From contig JAFCCL010000002.1 of the NCBI GenBank assembly GCA_017610205.1, positions 71,481 through 135,480 on the forward strand: a DNA stretch of 64,000 nt, given 5' to 3'. A model generated the notes under the pieces. That model saw only the letters and a list, made by a program, of their open reading frames with translations. It was not told the DNA's origin and made no database searches. Below are positions 54,584 to 62,412 of the stretch, in pieces. Each line of letters starts with the position of its first letter. Positions within the stretch are counted from its first letter, which is position 1. The DNA comes from Candidatus Iainarchaeum sp. (GTDB lineage: Archaea > Iainarchaeota > Iainarchaeia > Iainarchaeales > GCA-2688035). The position numbers and the translations under genes were made by a program.

Positions 54584-57199
54584 ATGCCGGAAAAAAAAGC
54601 AAAGAAAAAAACAGCCAAGGTTTCAAGAGAAAAAGAAACACCAAAGCAAATTGTCACAAAAATAGACAACATGGCAAAAGGCATTGTTACAGAAATTAAA
54701 AAAGGCACCGACCCAGAATTTGTCACCCAGCAAAGGGGAAGAAGCAATGTTGAATTTGACGAAAAAAGAGGCATACTGCAATTGGGAGAGAAAAGAACCA
54801 CAAGAAACTTTTTGAACGTAGGACATGCAAAAAAATTTATGCAAACAATGCTTGTTTCAGCAAAAGCACATGACTACTTAAAGCACAACAAAACCGCTTC
54901 AATCAGAGAAATTTATTACGAATTAAAACACACTGTTCCAAACACAAAAGAAAACACTTTTGACAACCAAACCGAATCAGACTCATGCATTGTAGACCTT
55001 GAACATAGTGTTGACACAATCAGAGAGAAGCTAAACCTGCATGCAAACCCAAAAGGAACACTTTACGGTGACGTAGTCTTAAAGGACAAAGTCCACCACA
55101 ACGACAAATTCAACTGCGGAAAGCTTGGAAGAGGCGGGTGGAGCATTATGTCAAGGCTTGAACCGGAAGAAATTGAAATTGTTTCATGCAATGCAAAATA
55201 TATTCTGGTAATAGAAACAGCAGCAATGTATGAAAGACTTGTAGAGGAAAAATTTCCGCAAAAAAACAAATGCGTCCTTATTGGAACAGGAGGACAGGCA
55301 GCAAGAGGAACAAGAAGGCTTATTCACAGACTGCACAAGGAAAAGAAACTTCCGGTATTAGTGTTCAGCGTTGATGGTGAAGAAACTATTGTACTCGAAG
55401 AAGATGGTTTGATTAAAAATGTTCAACTAAAAGAGCTAATGAAAAACAAAGAAATTGTAAAAATTGACGGAGTTATTGAAAATGAAAGGGCAGGAATAAA
55501 CGCAAAATCAATGTGCTTTGATAATAAGAAAACAGGCTTTGGGCAAATAAATCAGATAATAAGGCATCCGATTGTTGAAGACCTTTTTGAAGTAAAAACA
55601 GATTTGGGTTACAGTGTAAAAACAACAAAGTCACATAGCCTAATCGTCTATGACTCTAAGAAACACGAGTTTGCGGAAAAAACACCTCTGGAAGTTGATT
55701 TGGAAAAAGATTTTGCAGTAGTAAGTCTTGATGTTCCAAACAACGAAAGCCTGGAAAGAATTGACTTGGGAAGATTTGTATTTAATCATGCAAATGCTAA
55801 AGTAAACAAAGAGAGGATAACAAACAAGAAAAATAAGCTTTCAATTCCAAGATTCATTGATAAAGAAAACCTGCCGGACTTTTGCAGATTGCTTGGGTAT
55901 TATGCAGCAGAAGGATACGCAGAAGAATACAATACCGTTTTCAGCTTCAGCAAAAAAGAAATAGATTACATTAAAGATGTTGCAAATATAACAAAAACAT
56001 TATTTGAATTAGAAACAAAAGAATACAACCCACATAGCACAGAAACACAAGTAAAAATCCATAACACCCTGCTTTCAACAATTTTCAAAAACATTGCTTC
56101 AACAGGTTCAGGAAACAAAAAAGTGCCTGACATTGTATTCAATGTTCCGACAAAAGCTAAAAAAGAATTTTTGAAAGGCTATTTTAGGGGAGATGGCAGA
56201 GTAGATTTCAAGAAAGAAAAATCATCTGTCGAGCTCTGGGCAAAAACAGTAAGCAAAAAACTTGTCTATGACTTGGTTTTGCTTATCTCACAGATTGGTG
56301 CAAATGCAACAATCCAATACCCGAAAGAAAGCGAGGAAGAGCACGAAGTCGAAATGGAAACTGCTTCAGGAATCCAAAAAACAAAGATTGCTGCAAAGCA
56401 AAAACCCTACCTTGTAAGCATTGCAAACAAAGAGGCCTTGCTTGAGTTGAAAGATATTGTAGCAGAACTCAGACCGGAAGCGTTGGAACATATAGAAAAC
56501 AATTATATCAAAACACCAAAAATTGACAGCTTGCCAAGAGAGTTTGTTGAGAAATTTAGAGAAACCTTTAGAAATGAGTTCAGGGGCGAGCTTGAGAAAA
56601 AATTGCCTCCAGCAACATTTCAATGGCCAAGAATTTCAAAGAAAAAACTGCGCAGGCTACTCAATGGCAGGGATTTAAGCAAAAATTTACAAGTTTTAAA
56701 AGAGTTTGCTAACAACAAAACGACACTTGCAAGAATAAAAAGTGTGGAAAAAACCGAACCAAAAGATAAATATGTTTACGACATAGAAATGGCAAACACA
56801 CACAGGTTTTTCTCAAACTTCATTTGTGTTCACAACACAGATGGAGACCCTTATGGATGGTATATTTACAGCGTAATAAAACAGGGTTCAATGGCATTGG
56901 CAGCCCACTCAACTTTTATGGCCTGCCCTGAAGCAAAATACATTGGAATGACTTTAGACGACATCGAAACATACCAGCTTCAAAACGTTACAGAAAGAAT
57001 GAAGGAAGGAGACATAAAAAGAGCAAAAGAAATGATGGAATATCCCTGGTTCCAAAACAAAGACTGGCAAGCCCAGCTGAAAAAAGCATTAAAGGAAAAG
57101 GTTAGAATAGAACAGCAGGCACTGGCAAACAAAAGCCTTGAATTTGTTGCAACAGAATACCTTCCAACAAAAATCAAAAACAAAGACTTTTTGCCATAG
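54584..57199 (+). CDS. top6A: DNA topoisomerase VI subunit A (Spo11 homologue) containing a 490-aa intein
   Basis: 871 aa against about 370 expected. Exteins ...KLPVLVF | TDGDPYGWYIY... restore the Toprim motif. Confidence 0.9.
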   Translation: MPEKKAKKKTAKVSREKETPKQIVTKIDNMAKGIVTEIKKGTDPEFVTQQRGRSNVEFDEKRGILQLGEKRTTRNFLNVGHAKKFMQTMLVSAKAHDYLKHNKTASIREIYYELKHTVPNTKENTFDNQTESDSCIVDLEHSVDTIREKLNLHANPKGTLYGDVVLKDKVHHNDKFNCGKLGRGGWSIMSRLEPEEIEIVSCNAKYILVIETAAMYERLVEEKFPQKNKCVLIGTGGQAARGTRRLIHRLHKEKKLPVLVFSVDGEETIVLEEDGLIKNVQLKELMKNKEIVKIDGVIENERAGINAKSMCFDNKKTGFGQINQIIRHPIVEDLFEVKTDLGYSVKTTKSHSLIVYDSKKHEFAEKTPLEVDLEKDFAVVSLDVPNNESLERIDLGRFVFNHANAKVNKERITNKKNKLSIPRFIDKENLPDFCRLLGYYAAEGYAEEYNTVFSFSKKEIDYIKDVANITKTLFELETKEYNPHSTETQVKIHNTLLSTIFKNIASTGSGNKKVPDIVFNVPTKAKKEFLKGYFRGDGRVDFKKEKSSVELWAKTVSKKLVYDLVLLISQIGANATIQYPKESEEEHEVEMETASGIQKTKIAAKQKPYLVSIANKEALLELKDIVAELRPEALEHIENNYIKTPKIDSLPREFVEKFRETFRNEFRGELEKKLPPATFQWPRISKKKLRRLLNGRDLSKNLQVLKEFANNKTTLARIKSVEKTEPKDKYVYDIEMANTHRFFSNFICVHNTDGDPYGWYIYSVIKQGSMALAAHSTFMACPEAKYIGMTLDDIETYQLQNVTERMKEGDIKRAKEMMEYPWFQNKDWQAQLKKALKEKVRIEQQALANKSLEFVATEYLPTKIKNKDFLP
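55367..56836 (+). mobile_element. Top6A intein (Ser1 ... HisAsn, +1 Thr) with LAGLIDADG endonuclease domain
   Basis: Starts SVDGEETIV and ends FICVHN|T. Internal LLGYYAAEGYA and FLKGYFRGDGRV motifs. Confidence 0.75.
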
Positions 57200-57215
57200 G
57201 AGCAATTATCTTTTC

Positions 57216-57559
57216 TTGCAGCCAAACTTTTTATCATAGCGTGGATGGCCCAAAATATCCAAAACAAAAGCAATTATTTCTATTTTTGTTTCACTATCTG
57301 TTAGAGAGTAGAGCATTCTTCACCTGTTTGGCAACTCTACTCTGAAAAGGTTGTTGACGCCATACTTTTGCTTATACTCTCTTGGAATCAGCTTTTTTGA
57401 TATTGGATTTCTATAATAGGAATTTGCCTTAATCAAAGCAGTTTTCTTGTTTACTGCATCAAGAATGTCTCTCTCAATTTTTGAAGTGGATGCTTCCTTG
57501 TTCAAATATTCGTAAACCTCTTCTGCCTCATAAGACAAAACAACTTTAACCTTTTTCAT
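57216..57559 (-). pseudogene. RelE/ParE-family toxin gene interrupted by in-frame TGA (57320-57322)
   Basis: N-terminal 79 aa MKKVKVVLSYEAEEVYEYL...NLFRVELPNR, then a stop, then RMLYSLTDSETKIEIIAFVLDILGHPRYDKK (RelE C-terminal HR..Y signature) in the same frame. Confidence 0.5.
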
Positions 57560-57629
57560 AAACGCAAACCTTTTGAAAATGCCTTTCTTAAATCAGGGTT
57601 TGAATTGTGAATCCAGGTAATGCCATTCA

Positions 57630-57953
57630 TTGTTACAGCAATCTTATTGCTTTCCTCAAGGTATTCAAGAAGAGGAGGGGATAGCACCCTATGCTGGAGG
57701 GCAGCCTTGCAATCAAATCGCATGCGGAATGTACGTAATGTTAACTGGAACAGTTTTGAGATGCCCTGGTGACGACATAACCGTTTTAGGAGATGTCCGG
57801 GAAGAATCCTTGGAAAAAATTTGGTTAAAATCTGAGAACTATAAGCGTGCAGGAACATTTAACTGCGGTTGCCTGCCAAAAGAAGGGAAGTCAATCCCAA
57901 AAAACCTATTTGCAGATGTAATGCTAAATTTAAAGAAACAGTTGAAAAATTAA
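57630..57953 (+). pseudogene. Orphan C-terminal fragment of a radical-SAM SPASM/twitch-domain protein
   Basis: GGQPCNQIACGMY...LGDVREESLEKIW...NCGC matches a SPASM C-terminus. There is no radical-SAM core upstream; Top6A occupies that space. Confidence 0.45.
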
Positions 57954-58091
57954 ACAAGCCAATTATTTAAGCCCTACTTCCTTCTATACCCAACCAGCTT
58001 TTTCAAATAGGGAACATTCAGTGGTTCTGCAAGGTTGTTGCATTATAACCCAGACGCATATATTTAAATATTATGCGTTTCACATATTTAT

Positions 58092-58412
58092 GTGGTGATT
58101 TTTTGTATGAATATTACTTTGTCTGTTAGTGGAGAACTTGAAGACTCTGTGAAAACCCACAAACACATTAAGTGGACTGAGATAGCCAGAGAGGCAATGA
58201 GGGAAGAAGTTGAAAGGCTTAAAAAATTAGAAGCCCTTCAAAAGCACCTGGAAAAAAAGCCAATTAGCAGGCAAGAATGGCATTGGATGGAAAAAATTGA
58301 CTGGCACCCTGTTGATGAAATGAAGTACAAGGAAAAATTTGTTAAAGAAAGCCTAAAAGCCGGCAAAGAGAAACCAAAAAAAGTCAAAAGCCTTGACGAA
58401 CTGCTAAAGTGA
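58092..58412 (+). CDS. Putative RHH-type antitoxin
   Basis: ITLSVSGELEDSVK...IAREAMREEVERLKK. The stop overlaps the toxin start (ATGA). Confidence 0.5.
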   Translation: MVIFCMNITLSVSGELEDSVKTHKHIKWTEIAREAMREEVERLKKLEALQKHLEKKPISRQEWHWMEKIDWHPVDEMKYKEKFVKESLKAGKEKPKKVKSLDELLK

Positions 58413-58678
58413 CTCAGATGCCTTTTGAACTTGAAACAACAACCCACTTTGACAAAGCTTATTACAAAAGCGCTAAGAAAAACCGTGAATTAAAAAAAGC
58501 AATTGACAGCAAAGTAAAGCAAATACTTGAAAACCCCTATAGGTTTAAGCCAATGCACAAACCACTGCAAGGCTTTAGACAAGTCCACATAATGAAAAGC
58601 TTTGTATTACTTTATTCAATAAAAGAAAAATCGGTTGTATTAATCAAATTCGAGCACCATGACAAGGCATACAAGTAA
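58409..58678 (+). CDS. RelE/YafQ-family toxin
   Basis: 89 aa. ...GFRQVHIMKSFVLLYSIKEKSVVLIKFEHHDKAY. Confidence 0.65.
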   Translation: MTQMPFELETTTHFDKAYYKSAKKNRELKKAIDSKVKQILENPYRFKPMHKPLQGFRQVHIMKSFVLLYSIKEKSVVLIKFEHHDKAYK

Positions 58679-58681
58679 AAA

Positions 58682-60655
58682 CTACTTCCCCCTATACCCA
58701 ACCAGCTTTTTGAGGTAGGGAACGATTTCAGGGTTTTGAAGAGTACTTGCGTCTCCGAGTTTTTCGTTTACAAGGATGCTTCTAAGAAAGCGCCTCATTA
58801 TTTTTCCGCTTCTGGTTTTTGGCAAACCCTTTACAAAAAAGATTTGATGTGGCTTGGCAGTTGGGCCAATTTCCTTTTTCACCTGCTTTACTATACTGGC
58901 TTCAACCTCTGGAGAAGGTTTTACTTCAGGTCTTAAAACAATAAATGCAACAGGAACCTGCCCCCTGATTTCATCAGGCTTTGGAACAACAGCAGAAACA
59001 ATAACCTCTGGATGTGAAGTAATTGCATCCTCCACCTCTGCACTGGACAAGCGATGGCCTGCAACCTTCATAACGTCGTCAACCCTGCCAGTAACCCTGA
59101 TATTGTGCTTGTCATACCATTTTGCTCCGTCACTTGTATAGTAAACCTTGGGACCGTACTCTGACCAGTAAGTGTCTCTGTACTTCTTTGGGTTTTTCCA
59201 AACTCCGCGAAGAAGCCCTGGGGGAAAAGGAGGCCTAAACACAAGGTAACCAGTTTCACCCTTCTTAACTGGCTTGCCTTTGTCATCCAAAATGTCTGCC
59301 ACTGTACCAGGGAAAGGTCTTCCGGCAACAGTTGGAATAAATGGACCAACTCCTGGAAGAGCATTTACTAAAGTTCCGCCTGTTTCAGTCTGCCACCAAG
59401 TGTCAATTACCGGACAGCAATTGTTGCAAATGTGTTTGAAATACCAATGCCATGTTTCCATATCAATTGGTTCTCCAACAGTTCCAAGAATTCTCAAAGT
59501 GGAAAGGTCGTAGTGCGCTGGCCACTTTACACCCATTTTCTTGAACATCCTGATTGCGGTTGGTGCAGTGTAGAATACACTTACATCAAATTTGTCAGCA
59601 ATTTTCCAAAGCCTTCCCCAATCAGGCATATCAGGGCTTCCCTCATAAATAACCATTGTAGCACCAACAGAAAGGGGACCGTAACAATTGTATGTGTGGC
59701 CGGTAATCCATCCAATGTCTGCAGTGCACCAGAAGACATCGTCTTCGTGAATGTCAAAGTTAAACAAAGTAGTCCAATAAGCTTGGGTTAAGTAACCGGC
59801 AGTGTCGTGGATTACTCCCTTTGGCTTTCCGGTTGTTCCAGAAGTGTAAAGAAGGAATAAGGGTGTGTTTGATTCCACTGGAACAGCTTTGGAATCCTCG
59901 CTTGCCTTTGCCATTAGGTTGTGGTACCACAAATCACGACCTTTCTTCATTGCAATTTTTACTTTTGTCTTGTTATCAAACCTTTTGACAACAACAACCT
60001 TCTTAACCGACTTGGCAGAGGCTGCAACATCAGCCTGATTTTTCAAAACAATTGGCTTTCCTCTCCTGTAATAGCCATCACAGGTAATCAAAACCTTGGC
60101 TTCACAGTCTTCCACCCTTTTCTTGAAGTTTGAGCCTGAAAACGCTGAGAATACAACACTGTGAATTGCTCCAATTCTCGCACAGGAAAGCATTGCAACC
60201 ATTACCTCAGGAATCATTGGCAGGTAGATTCCAACCCTGTCTCCTTTTTTCACTCCGAGCTTGCGTAGCACATTGGAGAACTTGCAAACTTCTCTGTACA
60301 ATCCACGGTAAGTAATCTTTCTCTCCCTCTCAAACTCCGGTTCCGCCTCCCAGATTATTGCAACCTTGTTTCCCCTTGTTTCCAAGTGCCTGTCAAGGCA
60401 ATTATAGCTTGCATTTAACTGCCCTCCAAGAAACCATTTGAAGTAAGGCGGCTTTCCCTCATAAACCTTTTTCCAAGGCTTGGACCAGGTTAATCCATCT
60501 CTTGCAAGATTTGCCCAAAAGTCCTTTGGGCTCTTAGCTGCATCCTTGTAAATTCGGTCAGTACCAACCCAGGCTCGCTCCCTCATTTCGTCAGACGGCC
60601 AGAAAACGTTTTTCTTATTTTTATCTTTTACAACAAGCTTTGGACCAGGAGACAT
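58682..60655 (-). CDS. acs: Acetyl-CoA synthetase (AMP-forming)
   Basis: 657 aa. YTSGTTGKPKG AMP-binding motif and C-terminal SGKIMRR. Confidence 0.9.
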   Translation of the reverse strand: MSPGPKLVVKDKNKKNVFWPSDEMRERAWVGTDRIYKDAAKSPKDFWANLARDGLTWSKPWKKVYEGKPPYFKWFLGGQLNASYNCLDRHLETRGNKVAIIWEAEPEFERERKITYRGLYREVCKFSNVLRKLGVKKGDRVGIYLPMIPEVMVAMLSCARIGAIHSVVFSAFSGSNFKKRVEDCEAKVLITCDGYYRRGKPIVLKNQADVAASAKSVKKVVVVKRFDNKTKVKIAMKKGRDLWYHNLMAKASEDSKAVPVESNTPLFLLYTSGTTGKPKGVIHDTAGYLTQAYWTTLFNFDIHEDDVFWCTADIGWITGHTYNCYGPLSVGATMVIYEGSPDMPDWGRLWKIADKFDVSVFYTAPTAIRMFKKMGVKWPAHYDLSTLRILGTVGEPIDMETWHWYFKHICNNCCPVIDTWWQTETGGTLVNALPGVGPFIPTVAGRPFPGTVADILDDKGKPVKKGETGYLVFRPPFPPGLLRGVWKNPKKYRDTYWSEYGPKVYYTSDGAKWYDKHNIRVTGRVDDVMKVAGHRLSSAEVEDAITSHPEVIVSAVVPKPDEIRGQVPVAFIVLRPEVKPSPEVEASIVKQVKKEIGPTAKPHQIFFVKGLPKTRSGKIMRRFLRSILVNEKLGDASTLQNPEIVPYLKKLVGYRGK

Positions 60656-60746
60656 AGTAATCGAAAATAATAGGGGGTTTTAGAATAAAAATGTTTCTCC
60701 TCATCACCTCCAATTCCGAATTTTTTCATAGGACTCTGTTTTTCTC

Positions 60747-60800
60747 GGATTAAACATTTCCCTGCCTTTGGCAGGTCGGCTGCACCTAAATGTTTAATCC
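60747..60800. promoter_or_regulatory. Perfect 13-bp inverted repeat (GGATTAAACATTT ... AAATGTTTAATCC) with an internal CCTGCC/GGCAGG hairpin
   Basis: Seen directly in the sequence. It lies in the divergent region between acs and the small-ORF operon, directly after motif copy B. Confidence 0.55.
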
Positions 60801-60857
60801 CTCCAAAAACAGCAGGGACGTCCATGAAAAAAATTCATTCTAAATTGGAGGTGATAG

Positions 60858-60992
60858 ATGATGAGTTTTTCTCAAAAACTTTCAGAAACAAAAGATAATC
60901 CAGTTGGTTATGGAAGGTCTTTTGTTGAAATCTCTGAAGCCATAAAAAGGAATGAGACAGCCAGAGAAGCATGGAAGAGGCGACTGTTATGA
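60858..60992 (+). CDS. 44-aa small protein, first gene of a translationally coupled operon
   Basis: Strong SD GGAGGTGA lies 7 nt upstream. MMSFSQKLSETKDNPVGYGRSFVEISEAIKRNETAREAWKRRLL. The stop overlaps the next ATG (ATGA). Confidence 0.35.
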   Translation: MMSFSQKLSETKDNPVGYGRSFVEISEAIKRNETAREAWKRRLL

Positions 60993-61138
60993 ACATAGTA
61001 GTTTCCACAATCTTCTTGTTCATAATGTCAGTGGTGTTCTTGCAGATTGTAGAACTTAACTTGGAAGACACAGAAATCCTAACCTATGCTGTTGGGTTCT
61101 GTATTGGTATAACAAGTGAGTGGTGGTTTCCAATATGA
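60989..61138 (+). CDS. 49-aa single-TM small protein
   Basis: MNIVVSTIFLFIMSVVFLQIVELNLEDTEILTYAVGFCIGITSEWWFPI. ATGA overlaps at both ends. Confidence 0.35.
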   Translation: MNIVVSTIFLFIMSVVFLQIVELNLEDTEILTYAVGFCIGITSEWWFPI

Positions 61139-62412
61139 AATCACCGGAAACCCACTCTCCAAAGCGCCTTAAAAGGCAAGCGGGAAAATCTATGAGAGTA
61201 AGGAAAATGAACAAGGAAGATTTGACTAAAGAGTTGCTTGAGGAACTTTACAACAAGAAAGGTTTCTCTCTCGACCGAATTGTCAAAGAAGTTGGTTGTG
61301 AAAGAACAATAGTCTACAATCGTTTGAAACAATTTGAGATAAAAATGAGGCCTCCTTATAGAAAAGATCTCAAAATAGAAAAAGAAGTTTTGGAAAAGCT
61401 TTACTGGAAACAAGGATTTTCTTTTGAAGAAACAGGAAAAAAGCTTGGTTGTTGTGGGGCAAATGTTTCTTATTGGATGAAAAAGCATGGAATAGAAACA
61501 AGGCCAATTGGATACAATGAAATTGTAATTCCAAAAGAAACTCTTCAAGAGCTTTATTGGGATAAAAAATTGACAGCACAGCAAATTGGAGAAAAATTTG
61601 GGACTAATCACAGAAGAATTTTAAAAAAGATGAAAAAGGCAGGAATTGCAAGCAGAACATTGTCAGAAGCAGGAACAAAAAAATTCAAAGCGCCATTCAC
61701 AGGCGGCTTAGACGAAAAAGCATTCCTGTTAGGACTTAGAACAGGAGACTTCTACGCAAAACAGCAGCACATATCTGTGAGAATGCAAACTACATCCACA
61801 CATCCAGCACAAGTCGAACTACTAAGAAAGTCACTTGAAAAATATGGCGAAACAAAAACGTACTATAACACAAACAAAGCAAGAGAAGATGAATGGTTTA
61901 TTTATGCTGACCTTGATAAGTCTTTTGAATTTCTTTTAAAGAAACCAAATGAAATCCCTCAATGGATTCTAGAAAATAAGAACTGCTTTTACAGTTTTTT
62001 GTGTGCATATTCAGACTGTGAAGGAAGCTTTAGTATTATCAAAAGCTATGAAAATAGTACGAGGTTTATATTCAGAATAACAGCAGGCGACAAGAAGGTT
62101 CTTGAACAGATAAAAAGCACATTAGAATCTTATGGATACAACCCAAGACTCTACTTTAAGTCAAAGAAGGGCTTACAAGGAACTTTTGGTACATTTAACT
62201 TGGATATGTACAACTTTATAATGTACAAAAAAGAAGAAACACTTAGCTTGATAAAAAATTTATTTCCACACAGCAAACACAAGGAGAAAATTGACAAGAT
62301 GAAATACATTCAAGAAAACAAAGACAAGAACTGGGCTGAAATAATTGGAGGATGGAACAAAATTAGAGAGGGGATAAAAGCAGGGTTGTTAAAAAACAAT
62401 TTACAAGAATAG
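61135..62412 (+). CDS. Free-standing LAGLIDADG-type homing-endonuclease-like protein with three N-terminal NUMOD1/sigma-r4-like HTH repeats
   Basis: Three repeats of the form (L/V)LExLYxxKGFSxxxIxKExG...V..RLKxxGI. The C-terminal domain has LLGLRTGDF and FLCAYSDCEGSF motifs. The ATG at 61135 is coupled to the upstream stop. Confidence 0.6.
   Translation: MKSPETHSPKRLKRQAGKSMRVRKMNKEDLTKELLEELYNKKGFSLDRIVKEVGCERTIVYNRLKQFEIKMRPPYRKDLKIEKEVLEKLYWKQGFSFEETGKKLGCCGANVSYWMKKHGIETRPIGYNEIVIPKETLQELYWDKKLTAQQIGEKFGTNHRRILKKMKKAGIASRTLSEAGTKKFKAPFTGGLDEKAFLLGLRTGDFYAKQQHISVRMQTTSTHPAQVELLRKSLEKYGETKTYYNTNKAREDEWFIYADLDKSFEFLLKKPNEIPQWILENKNCFYSFLCAYSDCEGSFSIIKSYENSTRFIFRITAGDKKVLEQIKSTLESYGYNPRLYFKSKKGLQGTFGTFNLDMYNFIMYKKEETLSLIKNLFPHSKHKEKIDKMKYIQENKDKNWAEIIGGWNKIREGIKAGLLKNNLQE

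Noticed and set aside
54204-54644. Long F/L-rich ORFs antisense to the top6B tail (and similar ones opposite other K/E-rich regions, e.g. 16735-17682 opposite the coiled-coil gene).
   Set aside because: They are low-complexity mirror images of poly-Lys/Glu coding sequence and lack start context. They are spurious.
60628-60825. 65-aa minus-strand ORF covering motif copy B and the inverted repeat.
   Set aside because: It overlaps the acs 5' end and regulatory repeats, and has no SD. The peptide similarity to copy A is explained by nucleotide conservation of the motif.
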